In this document: piece after piece, positions 12,765 to 23,150 of the stretch
How positions within the stretch are numbered: the stretch's first letter is position 1
Layout: the number at the start of each line of letters is the position of its first letter
Assembly (NCBI GenBank): GCA_026023565.1
Contig: JAPETS010000053.1
Span: forward strand, 124,001-153,753
DNA length: 29,753 nucleotides
Direction of reading: 5' to 3'
DNA from: Cirrosporium novae-zelandiae
Lineage: Eukaryota
Notes under the pieces: model-generated
Databases searched by the model: none
The model's input: only the letters and a program-made list of their open reading frames with translations
What the model was told of the DNA's origin: nothing
Translations under genes and position numbers: made by a program

Positions 12765-13730
12765 ATGCCTCGCCCAACCTTCACCCCCTCCAGACCGCTC
12801 ACCTGGATCCCCCGCACTCTCCGCAATCGAAGAATCGAAGCGATGCCATCTCGAGAAACGGCGCTCCTAAAGCTAGCCCTGAAGGTGATACTCCCCTCCC
12901 TGGTCTTCACAACTACTCTCATCAGCGGCTCCGTTGTCGTTAGCTACACGCGCTACGGGAGCCAGCCCGTTCCCTCGGGGTTTGTCATTACCATGTCAGC
13001 TGTTTTTGCCGCATTGATGCTTACGGGCTTCTCGTTGTATGTGTATCGTCGGTACCGGGAGCTGGGGGTCGGGGAGAGCAGATGGGTGGATCTAGAAAAC
13101 GAGTGGCCGGATCAGAGGTCGCCGTTTCGGAGGGGGTGTTGTGCCATTGCAGATGCGAATGCGGATGTGGATGTGGAGGATAACCCCCCCGAGGGAATCG
13201 AGAAGATATACGAATCACCTCTTAATCAACAACGAGCATCACAACAAGAAGAGAGAACAAGCCAACCAGAATTACAACAACACCAACATCCCTCAAGATA
13301 TCTCAGGCCGTCATCGGCGCACATCACACGACCCCCTAGCACCACAGAAAACCCCAGATCCGCCACCACCAACCAAGAAATAAACCCGCAAGAGGCCCCT
13401 CCTCCTCCCCCTCCCACCTCAGAAGCCATCCCAACCCTAACCCCCACCAACCTCCACAAACCCCTTCCAATCCCCGAACCCTTGCACGTCCGGCCACCGT
13501 CCAAGGAATTCCAGCGGAAACCCGTTACGCCCGGGTTACGGAGAAGGGACTCGGGACCTAGGTGGAGTGGGTATCAAATACCCAGGCGTTGGGGTGCGGG
13601 TGCGGGTGCGGATGGGCAGGGGTGTTTGACTATTGATGAGGAGAATTTTGGAAGGGAGAAGGGGAAGGGGAAGGAGAGGGAGAGGGAGAGGTGGGATCTA
13701 TGGGGGGGTGGGGGGTTTAAGGGGAAATAA
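12765..13730 (+). CDS. Hypothetical protein (~321 aa) with two predicted N-terminal TM helices and a proline-rich disordered tail
   Basis: First ATG of the 12630..13730 open frame is at 12765 (alternative 12843). Hydrophobic segments LALKVILPSLVFTTTLISGSVVVSY and GFVITMSAVFAALMLTGFSLYVY are followed by basic RRYR. No recognisable family, and the 3' end is low complexity. Confidence 0.6.
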   Translation: MPRPTFTPSRPLTWIPRTLRNRRIEAMPSRETALLKLALKVILPSLVFTTTLISGSVVVSYTRYGSQPVPSGFVITMSAVFAALMLTGFSLYVYRRYRELGVGESRWVDLENEWPDQRSPFRRGCCAIADANADVDVEDNPPEGIEKIYESPLNQQRASQQEERTSQPELQQHQHPSRYLRPSSAHITRPPSTTENPRSATTNQEINPQEAPPPPPPTSEAIPTLTPTNLHKPLPIPEPLHVRPPSKEFQRKPVTPGLRRRDSGPRWSGYQIPRRWGAGAGADGQGCLTIDEENFGREKGKGKERERERWDLWGGGGFKGK

Positions 13731-13840
13731 GGGGGAGGGGGTGTATTATCTTTATTTTTTGGGCTTGCGTTGGAGTTTTTTATGTTTATATGTGTGGATG
13801 GGTGGGTGATGATAACGACAACGATGGGATTTCATAACGG

Positions 13841-13908
13841 AACGAACGAACGAACGAACGAACGAACGAACGAACGAACGAACGAACGAACGAACGAACG
13901 AACGAACG
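13841..13908 (+). repeat. (AACG)17 perfect tetranucleotide microsatellite
   Basis: 68 nt of uninterrupted AACG units. Confidence 0.95.
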
Positions 13909-15474
13909 GGGTGCAAGGTGCATACATTACATAGGCTATCCAGTCCTATATTCTTATATTCCCATATCACGAACAAAATCCATAAAGCCTCCCTCCCTTT
14001 CCCTTCATACCTCAAAAAATCCCACTGCAACAGAGTTAAGATTATATTTCTAGTTATTCCCTATTTCTATTCCTATTTCTTTCTTTCTTTCTTTCTTCCT
14101 ACCAACTCTTTCCCCCACTCCTCACTCCAAAAAATTAGACATCTGCATCCCCATCCGCATCCCATCCCACCCCGTTCCGCTCTACTATGCCATTATAGAT
14201 TACATAAACTCGAGATCAGCCAGACTGGTTGGTTGGTTAAGTAGTTAAGTTAGGTTGGATGTTGGGGATGGTTAGTGAATAGTGGTTGTGTGTTGGATAG
14301 ATGTTTTTGGGGGGGGGGATGGAGGGAATGGAGGAGGGGTGTGACGGTAGGTTAAGAGTCAACTCGAGGTAAGGGAGATTTGGATAGGAATTATTGGATT
14401 CCAAGAGCCTAAATCCTAGAGCCCATATGTGCGTATATGTGTGTATGTGTGTACGTATGTGTGTGTATGTGTATAAGAGGCAGAAAAAGAAGGAAAGAGG
14501 AGAAGGAGAGAAAATGTCCTCACCCTTACTCTCCCAATCCAATCTATCCATCCATCTTATATGAATACGCCCTAAGCTAAGCAGTAGTAGCTATAGCATT
14601 TCATTTCTTTCCTAACGAGAAAGGAAAAAAGGATAAATCTCAAGGATGTCTTGAATGGCATTGTGTATATATATATGTGCTTGGTTAGATAGAAGTGGTA
14701 GTGGGATCTTGGTGGGATTGTGTATGTTGTTTATTAGCACAGCTAGCTGGTTATGGACACACGAGGAATAAAAGAAACTCGATTGGCTCTGAGTAAATAA
14801 ATAAATGAATCATATCCCTCGCGTGCGACCGGGGAGGATGTAGAGGCTTTATGCATAATTTTTTTTCCCTTTAAAACTGGAATAACGGGAATAACGGGGG
14901 GGGGGGAGAAAGGTGGAAGAGAAAGGTTCACTAAGGATAGATAAATAGAGATAAATAGAAATATGAATAGGGAATACTGGAAATATGACCCCCCTAAACT
15001 ATTTTAATGGAATTATTTAAATTATGAAGTATGAAGGAAAGTGGGGGATGGATAGATAAATAGTAGTGAATGAAATAGCTTTAATAAGTTGTCAAGTTGG
15101 TAGTATCTAGAAAGGATATTTTACTATGGGGCGTTCCATTTTTTTTTATTACTACTGAAAATTTATGGTTCATTGTATTACGGAAGCCTAGATAGGTAGA
15201 TCGGTCACTTGTTAGACTACTGTCAGAGTCATAATCGGGAGTCAGAGTTGGAGTTTCACTTTTCAACTTTCACATGAGGTGGTTAGTGGTAATAGTAGTG
15301 ATGGGTGACTTATATATCGTGATAGGAGGAGGGGGAGGGGGCTTGGTCTCGAAAGCTGCCGGATTACATCCATTCCGTTCCCTTATCACATACACATTTG
15401 GCAATATGGAGTTTAAGTATCGTATCGTGTTCTTGTGTGTGTGTACAGGTCGTCATCTCACATCACATCACATC

Positions 15475-15559
15475 ATGGGAGCTTGTTTTTCCAAGGCAGG
15501 TGGAGTGGGGTATTACGAGAAGTATATGAAGGAGGAATATCTCGCTCGAGATCTGAATC

Positions 15560-15591
<32 letters not shown>

Positions 15592-16575
15592 CGACATTCC
15601 CATACTCCTCCTCCATCTCTGCCACCTCTTCCTCTTCCTCCCGCTGTTATTGCTGCACACCCCGCTCTCCCAGAACTGTATCAAAGTCGAAACCACACCT
15701 ACGAAGTGATCCGTTACCTTCACCGGGCGGAGGACGGGGCCTTCAACGAGGGCATAGCTCTAGTGCAGCGAAAAGGAAACGCAGAGCGCAGATGCATTAT
15801 GAAGAAGTTGAATCTGACTCCCTCGAAGCCTGGGCTGGATTTGCGGCAGGAGATTGAGATAATGAAGCGGTTGAGACATCGAAATATTGTTGGGTTTGTG
15901 GATGAGAGTTATAGTGGTGGTGGTGGTGGGGGCATGGGATACCTGTTTATGGAGTTGTGTGATCGGGGGTCTTTGTATGGGTTGTGGAGTAATTATGTAG
16001 ATAAGGGGGAGTTGATTCCAGAAGGGTTTCTATGGCATGTATTTAAGTCGCTAGTTGGTGCGATCTGTTATATACATCATGGAATTCGGGAGGGCCAGGA
16101 AATACCAAGTCCGGATAGTAGGAAACACTGGGAGAGTATAATCCATCGGGATATTAAACCTGATAATGTGATGCTCAAGTCGAGGGTCGGGGGGGAGTAT
16201 CCGTCGGTCAAGCTTGGAGACTTTGGGCTCGCTATTTCGGCGGCTGAACTCCAGGTGCGCCAGATGCGGGGAGAAGGTTGCTGTGGGACCATGGCCTTTG
16301 CACCACCGGAATCTGAAAATGGATTCAAAGGCGATGTCTGGAGTCTGGGAGCAACCATACGATACATTTGCATGCCAAAAGACCAACGAGGTCGCTGGGA
16401 ATATAGTCTTGAGCTGCAAATGGCTGTTGATTACTGTTTTCTCCAGAAGAATAACCGACCATACGCCCATCAGCTCTCCCGGATAGTTGCCAATCAGGGT
16501 GATATCTGGAAGCACAAATATCCGAACTCTACCGACATCCCATTGCCTAGCTGGGCTTTCCAGAATGTATCCTAG
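15475..16575 (+). CDS. Ser/Thr protein kinase, NEK/NIMA-like with an atypical Gly-loop, intronless, ~366 aa
   Basis: Motifs: CIMKKL (catalytic Lys region), LRQEIEIM (alphaC Glu), LRHRNIVGF, YLFMELCDRGSL, IPEGFLWHVF, IIHRDIKPDNV, KLGDFGLA, GTMAFAPPE, DVWSLG. The start is placed at ATG 15475 (MGACFS) rather than 15274 because a TATA-like TATATAT lies at ~15311 and the upstream frame looks non-coding. Confidence 0.88.
15559..15591 (+). repeat. (CAA)11 coding repeat (poly-Gln) in the kinase N-terminus
   Basis: Eleven consecutive CAA codons, in frame. Confidence 0.9.
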
Positions 16576-16906
16576 GTGGATTAGAGAGGGTGTATAGCTT
16601 ACTCGGTCTTTAATGAAAATATGTGTACTGAGAGGAAAGTCCCTATTAAGGTAGAGACTACCATGTTGGAGTTAGGTTAGCGTTAAGGTTTCCCAAAAAC
16701 TCATAAATATATCAAAACCAAGCAATTGACAAGTGATACATGGAAAGCCCTTAAAAGCTTAAAAAACACGGGGTAGAAATGTTTTTTGTTCACAAGCAAT
16801 CTCTGATTATGGTAGCTTGAAGATTTCAATTCATTTCTAGTACGGAATACATGAGTTTTTGAGCTGTACAAAGCGCTATGAAATCCGGGATAGAAAACTC
16901 AATCTA

Positions 16907-17808
16907 CTACGGCTTTGTAGCAAGAATACCTATTACCAATTAGTACGGTTCAGGCTGACAGAGTAGAAAACATACGCTCCACATCCGAGACTGCCTGGTT
17001 TAGGATCTGCTGCATGGTCTTGGGGTTCTCGAGTTCCTTATGAATCCTGGCAATTACAGACTCTGCAAGTTCCTTTTGTTGCCGGTTCTTGACCTGGCCT
17101 TCATAGCGAACCCAAGAGTCAAGAACTTGCTTAGCCTCAGCAGCAAGAGCAGTCTGTTGCTCGAGCTCAAAGGCTTTGGCTTCCAACTCAGCGGTTTCCT
17201 TTGCAAATGTTAGTCATGGAAATACCCATGTCGATTCAACCGCATACCTTCGAGACCGCAAAGAGCTGCTTTGTGATGTCTACTACCCCAGACATCTGGC
17301 TGACGCTTTCAATTCGTGCTTTAACGGCATTGGTATGATCGGTCCTGGCAGCATAAAGAATTGACTTCATCTTCTCAATCTGTCCATCGGCCCACTCGGT
17401 GTACATAGGACCAGCATATTTGAATATACCATAGATGACAGTCAGAATACAAAAGGCAACAATTGATTCCTCGTTGAAAACGTAGAGTTCATTGCTGATT
17501 GCAGCAATTGAAGCTCCGGCACCAGCCGAGAGAATTGCAGCCTTGGATACTAGACTATTTCCAGGCAAAGAATCCAAGATTGACTGAGCCTTCTTTTTTG
17601 GGTCCTCGGTGGGCACATTTGAGGCGAATCGGACTGATGAGATGGGTATAGATACAGCAGACACGGCGGGAAGAGTGCGAGCTAGGAGGGCTGTTGGTCG
17701 GACGCGGGCGGCGCCTAGGGGATGGTTAATATGACCTAATTATTCTGATATCAATTGATCGGCTGAGGAGATCTTACTGATGGCCGTTCTTGCCAATCGA
17801 GAAGCCAT
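16907..17808 (-). CDS. ATP4: Mitochondrial F1Fo ATP synthase subunit 4 (subunit b), ~247 aa. Exons 17808-17778, 17714-17248, 17198-16976, 16929-16907
   Basis: Arg-rich presequence MASRLARTAISAARVRP. Conserved segments DPKKKAQSILDSLPGNSLVSK, ISNELYVFNEE, LFAVSKETAELEAKAFELEQ and KQVLDSWVRYE. Three introns (63, 49 and 46 nt) with GTAAG/GTATG donors and branch sites restore the frame. Intron 2 uses an AAG acceptor. Confidence 0.97.
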
Positions 17809-18046
17809 TATAAGTGAGGGGAGATGGGATATTTGGACTTGATGGAAATGAGTGTAATCTTGAATGCGATGAGGTTTCTCTCCGGTGGTACGGAAAACGG
17901 ATTAGTTCGGTTGAGGTTAGTCTGGCGTGTCTGGTCCAAGGCCGACGGAGCAAAAGTTTGGTTGCGTCACAGGCTAAAATGCTCTCCGTAGAGAATTTCA
18001 AAATTATTCTTTTGCTTGAAAATCTTCTTGGCCAGCAATATTCAAT
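17809..18046. promoter_or_regulatory. 238-bp bidirectional promoter region between ATP4 and NOC4
   Basis: Head-to-head start codons at 17808 (-) and 18047 (+). Contains GCGATGAG (PAC-like) at 17866-17873. Confidence 0.7.
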
Positions 18047-19770
18047 ATGCCATCATTACTAGGAAAGGCTGAGTTGGCAGTGCAAGCTGGCAAAAAACGT
18101 AAAAGGGATGCCAAGTTACAGCAAAATGAGCCAACTATAAAGCGTCGAGCAACATCCCCCTCAACACCAGAAGACAAAGACGAAAATAAAGACCCTCAAG
18201 CTCAGATACTTTTACTCGAGAATCAGATATTAGAGTCCAGACGAAACCTGAATAATGTCGCGCACCTGGTCGAGAAATTTCGGACAAGCCATTCGGATAC
18301 CACCATCAGAAATACGGCTGCCGTTTCACTATGCAGAGTCTTCTGTAGGTTGATAGCTGCTGGGAGCTTGACAACAGCACCTCAGACAGAAGAAAATGAG
18401 GTTATAGTTACAAAATGGTTGCAGGAAAGATATTCAGAATACACCGAGGAGCTCTTCCAGATGCTACGAAATGGCGATCCAAGCGATTCAAGCACTTCTT
18501 TGACATTATTCATGCGTCTCATCAAGGAGGAAGCAACCCATCTCCCAATGAGCCAGAGCAAGTTATGGGACTCTGATGGATTGTTGAGCCGTCTTTTCAT
18601 AGCTCTCCTTGGTCTAGATGATGACGAGTCGGATACCCTCGCAGAATTCGTTCAGAAGTACATGATGGAGTATGATGACATCCGATACTATGCATTTGAC
18701 TGTATAGCAAAACTTGATGCCGATATCTTGCCCACCCGAGTTCTCGAAAATATTCTTCACGTTCTTGCAGAAATCAGTGAGGTGCCCCAGAAAAAGGATG
18801 ACCTAGACAGCTTCTATATTTCGGAACAGAAAAGGATCAAGGGTACATTACGCTCTGTAGTAGCCCATAAACGAAAAGCACAAGAAGCGTGGTTGACTTT
18901 GTTGCGAGGATCTATCAGCAAGGAACTGCGAAAAGAGATTCTTAGACTGATGTCTTATCGAGCTGCTCCCTGGTTTCTCAACCCCGAGCTACTTATGGAT
19001 TTCCTCACAGACTCATTCGACATCGGCGGAGCAACATCGTTACTTGCACTGTCAGGGCTTTTCCACCTCATGCAGGAGAAAAACCTGGATTACCCTCAAT
19101 TCTACCCAAAGCTATACTCGCTACTCGACTCAAAGATTCTACACTCGAAACACCGTTCTCGCTTCTTCCGTTTACTCGACACGTTCCTTGATTCTACACA
19201 TCTGCCTGCGGCTCTGGTTGCAAGCTTCATAAAGAGACTATCAAGGCTTGCGCTAAACGCACCGCCGTCTGGTATCGTATTGACCGTGCCGTTTATCTAC
19301 AATCTTTTCAAAAAGCATCCAGCATGCACGTTCATGATGCATCGGGAGATTCGAAACAAAGAGGAGAAACAAAAGCTGGAAGCAGATGGCATAGACGACC
19401 CTTTCAGGATGGACGAGACTGATCCGATGGAGACCTGTGCAATAGACAGCAGTATTTGGGAGATTGAAATGCTTCAATCGCATTATCATCCAAATGTTGC
19501 CACCCTTGCGAAAATTATTTCTCAACAATTTACAAAGCAGGCTTATAGTCTCGAAGATTTCCTCGACCATTCTTATGGAAGCGTAAGTCTTCACCATCTT
19601 TGGTTGGTATTACGACAGCTGACAATCTCTAGATGCTGGAAGGTGAATTTTTCAAAGAAGTCAAAAAGGACCCTGTGATAGAATATCAAATCCCAAAGAG
19701 GATATTCACAAAGGGTGAAGGGGATTCTGCAGACGAGGATAGCTTGCTGGTAAAACTTTGGGACTTTTGA
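18047..19770 (+). CDS. NOC4: Nucleolar complex protein 4 (CBF/Mak21 domain, 40S biogenesis), ~557 aa. Exons 18047-19582, 19633-19770
   Basis: Motifs: LMDFLTDSF, SLLALSGLF, NLDYPQFYPKLYSLLD, HSKHRSRFFRLLDTFLDSTHLPAALVASFIKRLSRL, AIDSSIWEI, HYHPNVATLA, EDFLDHSY. A 50-nt intron at 19583-19632 (GTAAGT...GCTGAC...TAG) gives the C-terminus ...LLVKLWDF*. Confidence 0.95.
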
Positions 19771-20244
19771 GTTAATTTAATGGCGAATTAACTTGACATA
19801 TACCCTTAATTGCACTTTTATAAATTAATTACCGAGACGGTAAAAATGACTAGAATTGGAATATTGATATAGATTGATATCTATAAATGTACTATTTGTA
19901 GCGTAGCCGAGCTGAATATGTGGGTTGGTATGCGGTAGGGATGGCGATCAAGGGATCAGGATCAAGGAATCAAGGAAGCCACAGAGGCGATGAGGCGAAG
20001 CACTTCCTTTCAATATGCTACGCACGTTTTCCGCGCAATCTCGACAATTCTCTTGGCTCAATGCCTCTTATTTCTATTAGATTATATAGAAGACATGGTG
20101 AAACCCTTCAGGTTCATTGATAATTTCTAATACATCCCAACAAATATATATGTATACCCTCGGCAATTGAGGACAGGTCACAAGAAAAGACAAGAAAAGG
20201 CAAAAAAGACTGTCATAAGCATTAACAGAAGATCAGCAGCAACA

Positions 20245-22357
20245 ATGCCACTTAAGGATATTCTCAAGAAAAAAGATAGAATCGCGCAGGAGCAGTACCC
20301 TAATTCTCCGACTTCGACTCAAAGCCTTAATGTTCCTCAGTTTACCTTTGTGCGCACCGACACCCATACCGAAGAGATTATACACCCACCATCCTTTGCC
20401 GGAGATGCTACACCAACGGAATCAGAGAAAGAAGAAACTTACTCTGTCAAGCGTTTGAGTCGTTTTCGACGAAAATCAAGTCCTCCTAAACCCTCTTCTG
20501 ATAATACTCCTCCCCATCGCGGGAGACGCATGAGTGAACGTTTCCACATCCGACCATCGTCACGAGGCTCGAGCGATAATGTTCCTTCAGATTTACCCCA
20601 AATTCCAGAAGCTGGTGCGGCGCCAGAGGAGCAGGAGGCACAATGGGAAGAAAGAGCGACGAAACTTGCTCAAGCAAACCCAATAGTAAATAGCAACAGG
20701 CCCGAGCCTTCTCGCGGTCGGAGCGAGCCTTTCTTAGGGAACAATACGGGTTTATCTTCAAACGATAGAAGTAGAAGTAGGAGCCGGAGCATCAGCAATG
20801 CCGAGGGAGATGTATGAAACAATTATTCATGTCGATCTATGGAGACTGATCATCGGTGCAGGATCATATACAAGAAGCGATCCGTTTACATGAAGAAGGG
20901 CGTAAGTAGCCACCTCCAGATAATGATTTTCATTGATATGATCATCCACTTATGATGCTTGGATCACTTAGGTCTCGAAGAATCTACAGCAATGTTTGGC
21001 CGCCTTGCCGATCCCAACGGCGTAAACAATGCTCTCAGCCAGGTGCTCTATGGTCTTGCGTTGCGGTGAGCAGCCTCCCCACACGACCCTTTTGCCCCCC
21101 AGACTGATAATCCTTTCTACGTCCAGTCACGGATGGGGGATTGAAATCAATACCTCGAAAGGTCTCACATACCTCTCGCTCGCCGCATCCAACTCCGCGG
21201 CCGTCGAGGAGATGGCCCTCCAATCCGGAATGAAGAAAGGAGGAGCCGCGAAAGGCGAACTTGTGCTCGCCATTTACGAATTAGCAAACTCGTTCCGTAA
21301 CGGATGGGGCGTTCACAAAGACCCAGTAGCAGCGAAGCAATACTACGAAGCGGCAGCGAACTTGGGAGACACGGACGCCATGAACGAAGTTGCATGGTGC
21401 TATCTCGAAGGCTTTGGGTGTAAGAAGGATAAGGTGAGAGCTATAATTTCTATTGCCGTATCGATTCCCTCGCACGATTTCCCGTTGCGTTTATCGTACC
21501 TATGGTTCAACGGTGCCTGAACCCGGGGTCTGGAGGAGCAATATTGCATCAGCCTTGAATTGCTGCCCGTGTGCCCTCCCTCCCTACTCACCAGCCATAG
21601 AGAACAGCCACGGAAGAAATGAGGCGGTGTGGGCTTCGCATTGGCCTTGCAAACGGCTCTTGTTGGAGAAAAGGCCGATTTGCGCAAGGAACGGGTTGGG
21701 CAGCAATGCTTTCATCACCTCGTCCCATTCAGAACTTCTCAACTCAAAAAAGGCGTGACGAGAGTAGTGGGATAGAAGCTGACTGATTTGTCCACAGTAC
21801 ACGGCAGCCAAATATTACCGGTTGGCTGAGACCAAAGGAAATAAAACGCTAGGCAATACCTGGTTAGTTGTCTCCATTTCCATTTTTTCCTTGGTTTCAT
21901 AGACCTTATGCAAGCCTTTCTCACACCAAATGCACAAATCACGTATTTGGAAATTTATAATTCTTTCCTGTTGTGGCTTTCTTGGGCATCATCAGCCATT
22001 ATTTTCCTCAATCAGCCTTGTCACCTGTGCTGCAAGGAAAATCTTCCTATTTGGCACCCTCAACAAACTGTGGTCGGTGGTGTCACAGATCGCATAATCT
22101 CGTCTCGAATGATAGGCTGACAGCGAATCTACAACCACACCCCTCTATCGGCAAACCCCTCCAACCAGGACACCCAAAAGCCACACCTTTCATTTGTCTT
22201 TTTCCCTTGTGTCACTTTCCGAAATTTCCACGCGCATACGTACATATCTCAAACATGATGGCTCCCACTATTTCTTACATGTCGGGAAAAAAACGTGGCT
22301 GACTGGTGTGTGAACAATAGGATTTGGAAGCCAAAGTACGACCCGAAAGAAGCATAG
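20245..22357 (+). CDS. Sel1-like (SLR) repeat protein of the Nif1/Dsf2-like type, ~369 aa. Exons 20245-20811, 20862-20901, 20972-21065, 21127-21433, 21798-21862, 22321-22357
   Basis: A disordered S/R/P-rich N-terminus is followed by the spliced sequence IQEAIRLHEEG-RLEESTAMF...SQVLYGLALRHGWG...LAIYELANSFRNGWGVHKDPVAAKQYYEAAANLGDTDAMNEVAWCYLEGFGCKKDK-YTAAKYYRLAETKGNKTLGNTW-IWKPKY. All five GT-AG introns keep the frame. Confidence 0.9.
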
Positions 22358-23092
22358 CGCCTGGTGTTGGTTTGTGATTTCAACTTTCAAAAATTACCGT
22401 GTATGGGTATGGTATGGAAAGGTAACCGGGGTGTGCATATTGTCTTGTGCTCATCTTATCCTGGAGCATGAAGACTTTGTCGGTCTCGACCTTTCTCAGA
22501 TTTCTTTAGGAATGAATATTTTGTACTTGGGCACATTTCTTCGCCCTACTTTGGGCTTTGATTTAGGGAAATAGGGATCAGGGGGATTAAGGGTTGCACA
22601 ACAAATTGAGATGTGAGGATGAGTCAATGGCTGAACGGATTTTTACTTGTTGTTTTTTTTTTCTATTGGCATAATTCCTTTACTATTAGTGATTCGTTGC
22701 ATCAGATATACGAAGATTTTTTTTTTTATTTTCTATCTCCTCGGGTTTGGGGTTAGGAGTCATAGAAAGATTTTTTTGAGGTTGAAACAGAGGTTTCGCA
22801 TCCATCAGTATTCAGTACTACTCAGTACATTGATGAAGTTTCCATCAACACGGAACTTATCCTTGATCTATTTTTTTTTTCTTTTTCTTTTTGATATATG
22901 TACTTGGCTAATCTTGGTAATTCACCAGGCCTTGAATCTTGGCATACATTCATCTTTCTCTTTCTCTCTTCGAGAGAGAGAGATTCAGGCAAGTATGAAT
23001 TCCAATCATCTCTCATATCCAACTCGATTCGATTCGATCTCGAACTCGAACTCGACTCCCTACGCTTATCCCATCCATGATAGACATACAGA

Positions 23093-23150
23093 TCGCCATC
23101 GCCATTGCCATCGCCATTGCCATCGCCATCGCCCATCGCCCATCGCCATC
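23093..23150 (+). repeat. (TCGCCA/TTGCCA)n degenerate hexamer repeat
   Basis: About 9 units of GCCATC/GCCATT. It produces the spurious IAIAIA, HRHRH and GDGNG ORFs. Confidence 0.85.

Noticed and set aside
13752..14030. ORF with RSFV repeats, and a possible CRISPR-like array
   Set aside because: It is the antisense reading of the (AACG)17 microsatellite. There are no spacers and the context is eukaryotic.
15274..15474. N-terminal extension of the kinase ORF
   Set aside because: Low-complexity sequence containing a TATA-like element. More likely promoter or 5' UTR.
21434..22320. TPP riboswitch, RNase P/MRP, or canonical C/D snoRNA in the long Sel1 introns
   Set aside because: I could not find the TPP CTGAGA and GATAAT..CAGCG cores, RNase P conserved regions, or a RTGATGA...CTGA box pair. 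A divergent snoRNA cannot be excluded without cmscan.
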